Shown one piece after another: positions 28,814-43,012 of a stretch of 64,000 bases of DNA. This stretch comes from Eledone cirrhosa. Its lineage: Eukaryota. The notes beneath the pieces are model-generated. The model did no database searches, was not told the DNA's origin, and saw nothing but the letters and a program-made list of their open reading frames with translations. Location of the stretch: the NCBI GenBank assembly GCA_964016885.1, contig OZ024742.1:279372001-279436000 (forward strand). The letters are read 5' to 3'. How positions within the stretch are numbered: position 1 is the stretch's first letter; each line of letters opens with the position of its first letter. The position numbers and the translations under genes are program-made.

Positions 28814-29360
28814 GGGCGGTGGATTGGCAGTAACGGTAGAGATCTGAACGCCATGCTGTGCAGCATAGAGTTACGGTTCTTTACGGTCTGAGTTCAAATC
28901 AGGCCGAGTTAAACTTTGCCTTTCATCCTTATGGGGTCGATATAATAAAGAACCAGTAACATACTGAGTTCGATTTAATCAACTTTCCCCTCACCTAAAA
29001 TTGCTGGCCTTGTGCCTATGCTAGAAATCATTATTTATGATAATTGTTTCTACTTTAGGCACAAGGCCAGCAATTACCCAGTGAATTACTGGTACTTTAT
29101 TTTATCAACCCCGTAAGGATGAAAGGCAAAGTCAAACTCGGCGGGATTTGAACTCAGATCGTAATGGACCGGGGATTCGTGGTATCGGTAGAAGTTCGGA
29201 CACCATGCCTTGTAGCATAGAGTTACGGCCCTTTATGATTTGATTTCAAATTCCGCCGAAGTTAACTTTGCCTTCTATCCTTACGAGATCGATAAAATAA
29301 AGTACCAGTAATGCACTTGGTTATTTGCTGGCCTTGTGCCAAACGTAGAAACAATTATTT
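28814..29360. mobile_element. Cluster of three abutting SINE family A copies (+ 28814-29035, - 29039-29165, + 29178-29360)
   Basis: Consensus matches in alternating orientation; tatttatgata recurs at the junctions. Confidence 0.85.
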
Positions 29361-29899
29361 ATGATATGCAACTTATTACTGGAAACCATACACCTTGTTA
29401 TTTTTTAATTTCGTACTTGTACTGAATGCAACGTCTTCGGCACTTGCGGCCAATAAAAGAATACATTATTAAAAACGTTTGTGTTGTATTGTATTGTACC
29501 GTATCGTATTGTTCTTCGTATTTTCTCTTCATGTCTCTCTCATCTCATTGTCATTGTCATGCTTGATGTTTTCGATGTTTTCAATATTGCCGACGTTGTC
29601 AATAGGGCTTATGTTGTTAATGTTGTTGATGTTATTTTAAACTTTATTGTAATTATTATTGTTTGAGATGAAGTCAATGGTGAAAATATTTCTTCTGTTG
29701 GTGTTGGTCCTGTTTTTTGTTGCTGTTGTTGCTTTCCTAATAACAGTTTACAGCTCCGCTCACACCGGAAGTAAATGAGTCAGCTATATTTTTCTGTGAT
29801 ACAGAAACAAAGGCTAGAAAACAACATTGGTGTTACGCAGTGGAAACGCCTATGTGATGTCGGTCGCGGTCGTGGCAAAGGTGTTAAGTGTTGACTGCT

Positions 29900-31150
29900 G
29901 GTAGTGTTGTTGTTATTGGTGGTGGTGGTAGTTGTTTATATTATGGTAGTAGTGGTGTGTGTGTGTGGTGGTGGTGGTGGTGGTGGTGGTAATGATCTGG
30001 TTGCTAGTGATCGGGGTGACAGTTAAGGTAGTAGGTAATTGTATTTTAAGGTAGTAGTAGTGTTGATGGTGTTAGTGGTAGTGATGACGCCGTTTGGGAT
30101 GTTAGTGGTACTGGTTGTTGTAGTGTTGATTTTAGAATTGGTTATAGTGTTTTTTGTAATGCTGTTTATGTGTGTGGTGCTACTTAGTTGTATTTATAGT
30201 GGCAGTGGTTTGTATGGTTATAGAAAATGGTTGTGACAATGGTCATAGGGGTTTGTGCAGTGTTGTTGGCGGTGTTATTTGTAGTGTTGATTATAGAGCT
30301 GGTGCTGGTAAAGTTGTTTGGGTTATTGGTAGCACATTTGATGGTTGTTGTGACATTGAGGTAGTAGTGCAGTTTATGTTGATAATCATTATGATGGTGA
30401 TAGTGAAGATAGAAGTGTCTGTTAAGGTGGTGGTGTTGATGTCTACGGCGTTATGATTGTGGTTGTCTTAATATTGGCAGCGAAGATAACGGTGGTGCTG
30501 GTGGAGGTGGTTGTAATTGGGACAATAGTGACGATACAAGTATTGGTGGTGGAGGTGTTGTTGTTGTTGTTAGTGGTGGTGGTGGTGATGATGGTAGTAG
30601 TGGTGGTGGTTGTGGTGTAAGTGGGTGGGGTGGGTGGTGGTGGTGATTGTGTTGTTGTTGGTGGTGGTGGTGATGGTAGTGGTGGTGGTGGTAGTGGTGT
30701 TGGTGGTAGTAGTGGCGTTAGTAGTGATGTTGAAAGTGGTGGTGGTGGTGGTGATTGTGTTGTTGTTGGTGGTGGTGGCGTTAGTGGTGCTGGTGGTGGT
30801 GGTGGTGATGGTGGTGATGGCGGTGATAGTGGTGATGGTTATGGTGGTAGTGGAGGTGGTGGTGTTGGTGGTAAAGGTGATAGTGGTGATGCTAGTGATG
30901 TTTTTGGTGGTTGTAATTGGAACGATGGTGGCAATATATGTAGTGGTGATGGTGGTAGTGGTGGTGCTGGTGATGGTGCTGGTAGTGGTAGTGGTGGTGT
31001 TATTGGTGGTGATAGTAGTGGTGGTGGTGATGTTGATGGTGGTATTGATGTTGGTGGTAGTGGTGGTGGTAGTGATCGTGTTGGTGTAGGCGGTAGTGGT
31101 AGTGGTATGGTCGTAGTGGTATTGGTGGCGGAGTTGGTGTTCGTGATGAC
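29900..31150. repeat. Degenerate (GGT)n low-complexity tract
   Basis: Trinucleotide periodicity; the poly-V, poly-G and poly-H ORFs are artefacts of it. Confidence 0.9.
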
Positions 31151-31358
31151 TTTAATAGAAATGTCAAAAGCATGAACATAAATTCAAAGAATCTCAAATT
31201 CTAAACCCCGGATTTTCGTTATTATTAGAGAATATGACTGTATCAGTGTTTGACATCATCAGCCGAGTACATTCAACAATACAGCAGATAAAAATATCAT
31301 AAATATAAATATAAACCAAGTAACATATGACAAAGCCCTTACAAAGTCCAACAATATT

Positions 31359-31387
31359 ACCGGAAGTTGACATTAAAAAATGGCGGC
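31359..31387 (+). promoter_or_regulatory. Adjacent ETS-type (ACCGGAAGT) and YY1-type (AAAATGGCGGC) motifs in unique-looking sequence
   Basis: Exact consensus matches about 10 bp apart; motif-only evidence. Confidence 0.35.
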
Positions 31388-31631
31388 AGGCTGACATGCA
31401 ATTCGGCGATGCTATTGTAGAAAAGGCGACGCAGTATTAAATTAAGGCATATCTAGAGCATATCATGTGTATTGCACGTGTAAGTGCAATTGTGTCAGTC
31501 TGATGCGCATATTTGAGTATCTAACCGTGTATCCGTATTTATGAAAGCATAAATATAATAAATATAATTATTGTGCGAATGTTTGATTGTCTATTACGTA
31601 TATTAATAACCCTACAAATGAGAACATGAAT

Positions 31632-31679
<48 letters not shown>

Positions 31680-31694
31680 ATATCTATATATATG

Positions 31695-31732
<38 letters not shown>

Positions 31733-31734
31733 TG

Positions 31735-31765
<31 letters not shown>

Positions 31766-31824
31766 ATATATATATCTATATATATCTCTATATATATATA
31801 TACATATACATATACATATACACA

Positions 31825-31895
<71 letters not shown>

Positions 31896-31927
31896 ATATA
31901 TATATATATATACATCTACATATACAT

Positions 31928-32046
<119 letters not shown>

Positions 32047-32090
32047 AGTGTGGATATATATATATATTTATATATATATATAGATATATA

Positions 32091-32135
<45 letters not shown>

Positions 32136-32208
32136 GCATATACACACACACGTATCTATATGTACATACATATATAATCAAGGTTTAGCAAATATATATA
32201 TATATATG

Positions 32209-32369
<161 letters not shown>

Positions 32370-32383
32370 GTATATATATATAA

Positions 32384-33090
32384 AATAATAATAATAATAA
32401 TAATAATTTCTTTATTAACCACAATGTTGTACAAAAAGAAAGCATTAAGACGGTACAAATATACCTTTTTACGTGTATTAAAGGAAAGACAATAGCAATA
32501 ACAAAAGATGTAACAAAAAAACAAATTCCTCAAAAGGCGGGGGGGGGGTGCATTGAGGGTTACTCGTGGAGGAAGCGTACAAAGGCCACATACACCTTGA
32601 CCGCTAGAACAAGCGCTCCTGTCCTTCAATACTACAACCACGCGCTCAGGGCAAGCTTCTTTCCCACGGGCCAATCCTGCCTCTCTCATCCACCTTTCAA
32701 CAAAGTGGCTGGAAGACACCACTTCCTTCTCCTCCCTGATTTAATGAGAGCATCCCCGAAAAGGAAAAAAACATCTTCAATCCTTTCAGACGCATCCACC
32801 ATACGACCTCGTCTTCCTGATGAGCCTGGTCCGTTCTTTAAGCAACAAAAGGTGTTCTACATAATCTCACAAGACAGCAATGCTTGGACACGGGACGATG
32901 CGTGCAAAATGATTCCGTCGCCCTGCGCGCATCTGTAAAGTTTATCCCGAACAGGGAACTCTCCCCAGTAACACTGCTAAGCCAAAGATTTCTGTAAATT
33001 TTCCGTTGGCCCTAAACCGAAAGTTCTCCAGTAATGATTGGTTAGTTTATTTTCGTCAAGAATAGTGTTTGAGGACACGGCTCCCACGAC
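32384..33090 (-). mobile_element. 5'-truncated, diverged Tx1/L1-clade LINE related to the element at 1-2083
   Basis: [18 protein letters not shown] versus LSSQHFVQRWVREARMAR; shared 3' end gtggttaataaagaaat plus (TTA)n tail. Confidence 0.8.
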
Positions 33091-33179
33091 TCTTGCAGGA
33101 ATTAGTGGGTGAAGAAGAAGATTATATTTGTCTCAATGTGTTTTCTGATTGTGTGTATGTGTGTGTGTGTGTGTGCATG

Positions 33180-34455
33180 TATATATCCTCCATCGTTTCA
33201 TATAAATGTTGGGAACGAAGTCATGAGACCTTATTACCACATGCCCATAATATCCGTGCTGTGATTTCTCAATTTGGAGAAGTACTGGCTCTATCTGGAG
33301 AGGACATATGATCTTTGGGTTACACTCTTTATCGTGTAACGTTATTTATTCCAAAGACCCTACGGCGGAATCGTATTTTGGCCGCTGGTGTTCCCGATCG
33401 TATTATTTCTTTCATTATGCAAGATTCCTGACCATAGGTAAAGGTTGGTAGGAATAACGAATGGAAGATATCTAGATTCCCATTTACACCTACCTCTCTT
33501 CTGATTACCGGATGCTGAATATGGCACATTACTGCACCAGCACCTGCAAGTCTTGCACTAAATTAGACTCTTGATTTCATCACTCGTGGTTACGGTACTG
33601 AGATACTTGAATATCTCCACCGGCTTCCGTAGAAGACCATTCACAGGTAACGTGCACTGTGCATGCATTCTTGAGAGTGCGAGTCTCTCAGTTTTCGCAG
33701 CACTGATTTTCATTTTAATCATGCAGCCCTAACCATCAAACATATCAAGTGCAAGTCAGAGATCTTCTGTCAAATTAAGTAATTGTTTGTCGTCTGGAAA
33801 TTCCAGCCGACTGATTCTACATCTGCCAGTTGTGACACCACTTCCAACTCGGCTGTGCGTGTAACTCTTGTTCATGAAAATAATGAACAGGAGAGGTGAT
33901 AGTACGCATCTTTAGCAGAGTCCAACGCCCACCTTGAATTGTTTCGATTTAAAACTATTTATCTGAACATAAACACTTGAACATTCGTATAAGCACATCA
34001 AAGCAAAAGGAAGCTGGCCATACTCATGAAAACCATCTACAGCATGTCATGAGGAATGCAGTCACATACTATTTCGAGGTCTAAAAAAACAAAGAATACA
34101 CCTCTTGGCAGTACTCCTACAATTACTCTCAGACCAGCCGCACTGTGAACATTTGGTAGGCTGTGCTTGGACTCGACAATCTCCCTACATCGCATTAACA
34201 GACACTTAGGATAGATTTTACCGGCGAGGCTTAACAAGTGAATTCCCCTATAATTGGAACAATTTCTCTTGTCTCCCCTTTTGTAAGTAGGGATTATCAC
34301 TGACCATTGTCATTGCTTAGGTGCTTTTCCAAAGATTCAGGCCACGCGGTACACACGAGTCAGCGGGAGAAAATCTTCTCTATTTAAGGCTTTTAACATC
34401 TGAGGTCGAATTTCATCCTCTCCAGCGGCCAGGCCACGCTAGGTCTGTTTAATTG
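33180..34455 (-). mobile_element. RTE-clade LINE RT remnant
   Basis: IIPTYKRGDKRNCSNYRGIHLLSLAGKIY, FLDLE..D.IP and LFLPTFTYGQES; frameshifted. Confidence 0.8.
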
Positions 34456-34505
34456 ATTATATATATATATATATATAATACACACACACACATACACACA
34501 CACAC

Positions 34506-34573
<68 letters not shown>

Positions 34574-34739
34574 TTTACCTTCAGCCGAGCTGTACACACA
34601 TAAACATGTGAATTTCGTATTTCTAAGTATATACTGTATGCATAAAAAATAAACATTTTGAAAGCCCAACTATGAATATTGAAAGGTCGACGGACAGCAG
34701 CACCGTATAGCGGGTTCCAGTAGAATCAGCGAGGGATAA

Positions 34740-35870
34740 CGGCCTATACCTATTTCGAGCTGATGTCTCTCATCGGAAAAGTGACTACCTCCGTGCTGCT
34801 TTCAACTGGAATTTGTGAATAGGCGAGAATATATAGTATGTCAGCCTATGTAAGTGGTCTGAGTAGCCTCATTTGCACATGAAGCTGCATAAGTTAAGTT
34901 GACTTAAATTAAGGAGAGAATCAAAATTTAGCTTCGACACAGTCAGAGATCAGCCTCAGTAAGGCTGGTGTGACGAGAATGCTTCTGGAAATTAAAGCGG
35001 TTCAAATTACGTCGACAAGTTTCCACAAATGTATCAAAGGAGCTGAATTGCTCAGAGCTCGGCTTACACTGTAATTTTCTGCGGCTGATACTTTTAAAAC
35101 AGTCTGTTTGGGCCGATGCTGGTGTATTTTAAGAAAAATGCCTGAAATCTAGCGTGACGTAGGTACCATTTAATCTCAGCACGTTTTCGGAATTGGTCAG
35201 ATGTGGGTATGGTGGGTATAAAGTGCAAACCCCTCGCAAGGGGGGAGCGCACAGTTTCAGATAGTAGCAGATCAGTGGGTTGGGTAAAAGCTGTATGGGA
35301 GGAACATGACGGTGAGAAACTAGGCGGAGGGACTGTGATGTTTACGTTTGGCTTGTGCGGAGTCATTGATGGGGAGAGAAGTAGAGGTGAGGTGATCAAA
35401 GAGCGAAGGATACGGGATAAAGGAGTTAGGACGGTAGGTGAGGTGGGGGTGTTGACTGTAGACAGGGAGCGGAGTGTGTCAAGTTTTAGTTTCCTGACGG
35501 AAGTGAGCAAATTGATGAGGTGTTTGAGATAGAGGATAAATTGGGAGATGGATTGATCGAGGAGAGGGCGGCACATTGAGGAGAAAGAAGGTAGTCTTAA
35601 GGAGTTCTCGTTTGAGGGATGTGATTTTTAGAAAGGGTCACCCGCATGAGATGGCAAGAGAAGGGGTTAAGGATAGATCCAGTGGTGAAAGCTGAGTAAG
35701 AAGGGGAGTGGTAGTTGAGGCGAAAACCTCTGGTAGTGTGTTGGTGGTGCAAACAAGGGCTGGCGAATGAGACGTGACTGTCGTAGCGGGTTTGGAGAAA
35801 TGCGAAGAGGATGGGATGCAGAGAGCGGGAAAAGGAGTAAAGGAAGCCTTTGAGGGTGAATGGAGCTAGT
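34740..35870 (-). mobile_element. Internally deleted Penelope-like element: N-terminal ORF region followed by a decayed HHR
   Basis: LLLSETVRSPLARGLHFIPT..YLRHARFQAFF matches the PLE N-terminal LS..E..VL.KGL.F.P motif. 34745-34780 minus reads CCGATGA-gag..ctc-GAAA-tagg-TA. Confidence 0.65.
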
Positions 35871-36172
35871 TTGAGTTTGGCAATGATGCTCCGTCTAACA
35901 TATGCCAGCGTGGGAAATAGACGTTGAAACGATAATGATGATGATGAAGAAAGAGATGAGAGATAAGTGTGGGGAGATGTAGGAAGGTACAGAGATAAAG
36001 ATAGATAGATACATAGATAGAGAGATACATAGATTGACAGATAAATATATATATATTTCTTTGTGCATATGTGTGTGTGTGTTTATATATATATAAATAT
36101 ATATACATTGTTGGCTTTTTTCTTACATTAATTTCTTTATTTTCATTTATATATATATATATATAAGATCAA

Positions 36173-36234
<62 letters not shown>

Positions 36235-36689
36235 TTGTCAGCGAAGAGAAAGAAAGGGAGAGAGAAGAAGAGAGAGAAAGAACAAAAGAGAAAGAAAGAG
36301 AATGACAGGGAGAGATAAGGCTATATAGATAGAGAAAGAAAGAGAGACTTGGGGGGGGGGACAGAGAAACACAACGAGAGAGAGAGACATATAGATGGAA
36401 ATATGTGAGAGAGTAAGAGAGAGGTGGGGGGAGAGAGAGGGTGAGAACTGTCAAGATTGCTGTTTATTCAGTCATAAATCTTCTATAAAAGATGAAAGAC
36501 GTCACAACAAAAACAAAACAAATAAAACGAAAACAATAAAAACACCAGCAAAAAAACAACAACAACATAAACAAAAGAACAAGACGAAAAACAAATGACG
36601 CAAATAAAATGTAAATATTTCAAACACTCAACATTATTGATAAATGAACAAAATGAAGAGAGATATTACTACAGTTATATAACTAATAG

Positions 36690-38051
36690 ATATAACGGTG
36701 GCAGTGGTGATGGTGTTGGTGGTGGCATTGGCGACGGTAGTGGTGGTGGTGGTGGTCACAATAGGTGCGTGTGGTTGTGGCGGTGGCGGTGGTGGTAGTG
36801 ACGGTGGTGGTGGTGGTGGGGGGGGGGTGATGGTAGTGATGCTTGTAGTAGTGATGGCGATGGTGGTGCTGGTTGTGATAGTGATGGTTGTAGTAGATTG
36901 TTGGTGGTTGAGGTGGTTGCAGTGGTGTGGTGGTGGTGATGACGGCGGCAGTAGTGATGGTGGTGGTGGTGGTAGTAGTGATGGTGGTGGTGGTGGTGGT
37001 TGTGATAGTGGTGGTTGTGGTAGCTTTTTAGTGGTCTGAAGGTGGCGGTGGTGTTTGAGGTCATAACGGTGGTTGTGGTGGGGCTGATGATGGTAGTTAT
37101 GATGGTACCAGTGGTGGTAGTAGTGGAGCTAATGGTAGAACCGGAGGGGAAAGTAATGAAGATGGTGATTGCGGTGGACTTTATGATGGTCTATATGGTG
37201 GTGTTAGTGATGGTCGTCGGTATGGGGATAATGATAATTATTTCTACTTTTGGCACAAGGCCAGCAATTACTGGTACTTTATTTTATCGACCACGTAAGG
37301 ATGAAAGGCAAAGTTAACCCCGGCGGGATTTGAACTTAGAATGGAAAGGGCCATAACTCTATGCGTCAAAGCATGGCGTCCGACCCTCTACCGATACTGC
37401 CAATCCACCGATGGGGATAATGATAATTGTTTCGATTTTTGGCACAATGCCAGCAAATAACCCAGTACATTACTGGTACTTTAATTTATCGACCCCGTAA
37501 GGATGAAAGGTAAAAATAACCTCGGCGAGATTTGAACTCAGATCAGCGTTGTTGGTGGTGTTACTGTTGAAGTTGGTGTTGTTTTTGTTTGTGATAATAT
37601 TGGTGTCGATACTTTTTTGGTTATTGGTGGTGAAGTTTGTGTCGGTGTTGTTGTTGGTGGTGGTGGTGTTCCTTGTGTCGAGTTTATTGCTGTTATTGCT
37701 GCTAACGATAGTGTTCATGGTGGTGATGGCGGTACTATTTTTCTTGCTGCAGATTTCGAGCATGAATTTTTTGTTGGTGGTAGTGGTAGTAGTTGTTTTA
37801 GTGCTGTTGTTATTATGCTTGTTGTTAATTTTGAGGTTGATATTGTTATTTTGATAATGGAACTGATGAAAGTAACGGTGGCGATGGCGATAGTTAAAAT
37901 GGCGTTGATAGTGGCACTTGATGCTGGTAGAAGAGATGAGATGTTAGTGTAGACAATGATGACGGTGATGATAATGATGGTGATAATGATTATTATAATG
38001 ATGAAAAGGACGGCGATGACGGGAACAAATACGATGACATCGACGGCGAAA

Positions 38052-38093
<42 letters not shown>

Positions 38094-38410
38094 CTTTTGC
38101 TGGTGTTGGTGATGATGATGATGATGATGATGGTGGTGATGGTGACTACAACAGCGTTGTTGCTGCTAATGATGACGACGATGATGATGGTAAACATGGA
38201 GTCTATTGTTAGTAATGATAACAATGTTGGTGGGGAGGATTGTTAGGTTGATGATGGTGTTAGTTGTAGTGCTGGTGTCAGCAGCGGCGGTGGTGGTGGT
38301 TGCGGTGTCTGTATTGGTAGTAGCGTTGGTAGTAGTGAGGTAGAGAGGTTGGTTGTGGTAGATGTTGGTAGTGTTGTTATTTCTATTATTGTTGTCAGTG
38401 GCAGTAATGA
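36690..38410. repeat. Degenerate (GGT)n/(GAT)n low-complexity tract containing two SINEs
   Basis: Trinucleotide periodicity. Confidence 0.9.
37234..37545 (-). mobile_element. Two tandem SINE family A copies (37234-37410 full-length; 37423-37545 truncated)
   Basis: Consensus match; an 18-bp TSD atggggataatgataatt at 37222 and 37411. Confidence 0.88.
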
Positions 38411-38817
38411 TGTGATGTATAAGACAGCATTTTGTTGGCAATTGTATCAGAGAATTGAAACGGGTGGAAAAACAAGACACTCTATGATGTTTATTTGTTG
38501 CTAAGCACTTTACAGTAAAGTCAAAACATTGTTTAAAGCTTTTCTAAGTAAAGCAAATATGCATTTTGTGTTTGTTGTTTTTATGCTTTTGCTCGTTTTG
38601 ATGTTTCTATTTGTAGTTGGTTGGTTTATTGGTTTCTTGGTGGTTTAGATTCTTGTGTATATGTGAATATGTGTATGTATACATGATGTATACGAAGTCA
38701 GATATATAAATTAAATGCATATAATATATATATATGCATACATATATGTATATGTGTGTATGTATGAGCATGTATTTATATATGCATACATATATGTATA
38801 TGTGTGTATGTATGAGC

Positions 38818-38976
<159 letters not shown>

Positions 38977-41896
38977 TGTGTGTGTGTGTGTGCGTGCGTG
39001 CGTGCGTGAGTGCGTGAGTGTGTGTGTGTGAAATATATAACGTGTGGTTTACTCTTGAATATATATATTGTATTTACAGGTTTTATTTTTGGTTTCATTC
39101 GTTCGCTATATATTTGTCTGGAAATCTTACACACACACATACATACATACATACATACATACACACATACATACATACATACATATAGGCATACATACAC
39201 ACATACATGCATACATACATACATACATACATACATACATACACACATACATACATACATACATATAGGCATACATACACACATACATGCATACATACAT
39301 ACATACATACATACACACATACATACATACATACATATAGGCATACATATCTTATACAATCATATATATATATATATATATATAATCTGTGATTGTATAG
39401 GATATATGAGATAACACATTCTGTTTCGAAATAATATAAATATATACTAATGGCATACACACACGCGCATTCATAAACTTCGTAAAAATATTACCATGTG
39501 AAAATAAGATATGTTTATGTGTAACTGTGTGTATATATGTGTGTGTGTATGTGTGTGTGTTGGTATGTGTGTGTGTATGTCTGTGTATGTATACACACAT
39601 CTTATATATATTTCTCAAGTTACCCACAATAAAAGCCACACATATATTGGTGTCAACATTTCCCTGTGTATGCCTTGTTGCTTAAATCAAAACGTTGACT
39701 GTTCACACATACATATATATAAATGGAGAAAGTTTGTACTAAAAGCAAGACTGTCAGATTTCGATATGCTACCCTATATACAGAATAAACATATATATCC
39801 TAAGAAATATGAAAAAAAAAAAAAAAAAAAAAAAAACGAAAACGATTTCAAGTTGTTTCAAAGCGTTGGACTAAAGGCCTTCTGTATTTCTCCGGCTTAT
39901 GGCATCCTGTGTTCAAATACTGCCGTTGCTTACTTATGTGGTAGACTATCCCTCAAGCTGTTGAACACTACCAGTTGTTCTTTGAATAATTTAGAGATTC
40001 GCGTAGAGATTCACGTTGTTTTCACCCTGGGGGTATTTTTCACTATTCTCCAAACCATGAGAAAATATTAACCACTACCCAACTTTTCTCTCTACCCGAT
40101 AAAATAGAAACAATAAAGTAACACTTTTCAATGTAATTATTCTTTTACTCAAGGTGTTTGGGTGCGAGTTAGGGGATAATTGTTTTTATTTCTTCAATCA
40201 ATTTTTTGTGGGGTGGGGGTGGGGGGCTAAATCAGCCCTGGTTCAGAAATCTATGATCAAAAGCAGGAGATTTAATGCGACTTCCAGTATAACATTACCA
40301 TCTAACCGTAATGTTATTTTCACGAAATTCATACTGTTTCAAGTTTTCAAGCCTAGTATTCGGTTTGATGATAACATCGCTACGCCCAGTCTTGATAGCA
40401 CTGAAACTGCACAACACTTCTTGACTAACTAGTTGAAGAAAAAAACGAGCGTGATTTATCTATGACCATCCCATATTCATTTCAGACACCACGTACCGAC
40501 CATTAGGTGGTCGTTTAGCAAAATTGTTAGAGTGTTCAGAAGAGTGCGTAGCACAATATATGAACCGTCTCACTGTGTTCTGAGTTCAAATCTCACGGAA
40601 ATCATGTTAGACTTTCATCTTTTCGGAATCTATAAATATGGCTAGTCAATTTGGTCATTTGACGTTACTCCAGTCCAATAAGCTAAGAAAATAATTACTA
40701 GTTGCAGAGGGGTTTATATATGCAAATAACCGGCGTCCTATCCAGGCTAAGCGCCAATGAAACCGAAATTATCTCAGGTCTGATAAACGTCTAGGATTCG
40801 GACAGTCTTTTATGTTTTTAATAGGATAACAGAGAGGCAAGCTGTACCCGCTCACACCTGGAATATTTATAAAAAAACATGGTGTATGTCACGAAGTAAT
40901 CCTCGATTGCATTAACACCCTTAGTTCAATTAATTGTTTATTCCTAACGCCATATGTTTTGGCTTGTCACTTCATTGTAAAAATCAATATCTCTGTAGTC
41001 ATTTTTGGCCAAGGGATTGAACTTTTGTTTTGCAATCATTATAACAATAACTTTGAATTGAGAGACGTGTATGTATTGAGTGGTGTGTGTGTGTGATGAT
41101 AGGGATGATTGGGCTGTTAGGAATGAATGGATCATCAGGAATAGTTTGGATAGGTGCCGTTGTTTGATATATAGCACAACGATGTAGAGGTGACGATGCT
41201 ATTGTTTATTACTCTTTGATAATATTTGCTGCTGCTATTCCTATTGTTCTTGATATTCTCTTTGCCGCTGTTATTATTCCAATGTTGTTATTATTATCAT
41301 TGTTATTTCTGTTTTTGTTGTTGATGACTATTATAATTTTTGCATCTATTGATAATATCAGTAGTATTTTATGACTGATGTCTTTGCCCGTTTTCGGGAG
41401 GTAATTGTTAAATCTTACTAATTCTGGTAGATTTTATATTTTGTTTATTTTTGTTATTGTTGTTGTTGTTATTATTATTGTTGTTGTTGTTGTTGTTGTT
41501 ATTATTATCATTGCTGTTGCTAGTGTGATATATTTCTCACACCGTACCACAACACCCAACAGCACCATGTATCCATCCCTCCACCCCTAGTGTTTCACCC
41601 ACCCACCACACACACTATAGCCATGTGTCTATTGTATTTTGACTTTCATTAATTTTGGCGCTCCTATTGTTCTCGCAGATCATATTGTTCTTCTTGGTGC
41701 CAACACCGTTGGTGTTATCTTTGTTTTCTCTGGTTTATACTCATAACAACGTTGTTTTTCTGTTATTTTCTGTTATTCTTTCTTTACCTGGCTATTATTA
41801 CTGATGTGTTAGATGCTGTCCTCGCTGTTTTTCGTGTTGCTTTCGATTTTGTTTTGTTATGATATTATTCTTGTTATGATATGATTCGTGTAAACA

Positions 41897-42030
41897 CGTA
41901 GCCTAGTGTTCCGAATGTTGGTCTAACGTTCGTAGGGTCGTGTGTGCTCGGAAATGCGTTGTGTCATTGAGCAAGAAACTCTGTTTCACCTAGCACCACC
42001 AGTCTACTCAGCCAATGAAAATGAGTATTG
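41897..42030 (+). mobile_element. Old SINE family B-like fragment
   Basis: gtagcctagtg...ttgtgtcattgagcaagaaactctgtttcac...actcagc..aaaatgagt. Confidence 0.5.
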
Positions 42031-42814
42031 GCAACAGTAACATTTCAGAGTATCACCAAAGTACATGCGCCCTACCCCAAGATTAAACTTGCACATTCAC
42101 TCAATAAACGCCAATGATACTGTAATAAGCATTTAGACTAAAAACAGACATGTAACTTATCTTATGATGCTACTCGATGCAGCATAATCGAATGTTCAAG
42201 ATATCCGCGTCACAATGCTGTCCTAGTGAGCGGCATCTTAGACAAACCTCTTTTCCCCCAAAACATCTGGTTATCTAAGCATTGTCAATGAAATTTGGTA
42301 TGCGGAATATGTGTTGAAGCCCGTCCGGTGGGCTTTACCTTTAATTAAGAGAGCCATCCATGGCACACACTATGTTATTCTGAATGCCTCGAAGAATTAA
42401 ACTAAACGTACTTGCATCTGAGGAATATACAGTTTCTCACATATTAATTCAATGACCTGGTAGCTTCTTTATTCGAATAATTGGTATCATCATCATCAAA
42501 ATCATTATCGTGGAAACCTTGAAACGGAATTGTGCCCAGCCCAGGTGACAGTCTTTGTCACTCAATCACTTAATGCAACTGAATCTGAGATAAGCTTTGT
42601 TGCTTATTCTCTACGCTGAGGAAAGATTTAAACTGGATCTCAGATGCATTTAGGTGAGATTGTTTCTATACCCAGCCTGTTTATATTTTAGACATGGTGC
42701 GTTTGCCAGTGAATGGTGTATTTTTCTGCGTATATACAATCTACTCAAGTTAGAAGTGTCTAGCCCATCGTTAGTTTCCAATGGATACATCTTAAACTCC
42801 ACAAATACGTATTG

Positions 42815-43012
42815 CTAGAGCGTCGGACACCATGCTCTGCATCATAGAGTTACGGATCTTTAACTTCTGAGTAAAAATCCTCAGAGGTTAACTTTGCCTT
42901 TCATCCTTACGGGGGTCGATAAAATAAAGCACCAGTAATGCACTGGGGTCGATTTAATCGACTTTTCCCTTCCCTAAAATTGTTGGCCTTGTGCCTAAAT
43001 CAGAAACCATTA
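42815..43012 (+). mobile_element. SINE family A (long-tail variant)
   Basis: Central domain followed by ggggtcgatttaatcgacttttcccttccctaaaattgttggccttgtgcc. Confidence 0.85.

Noticed and set aside
30610-31175. Gly-rich 184-aa and Val-rich 159-aa ORFs
   Set aside because: They come from a degenerate (GGT)n tract that is open in several frames, with no start context or splice support.
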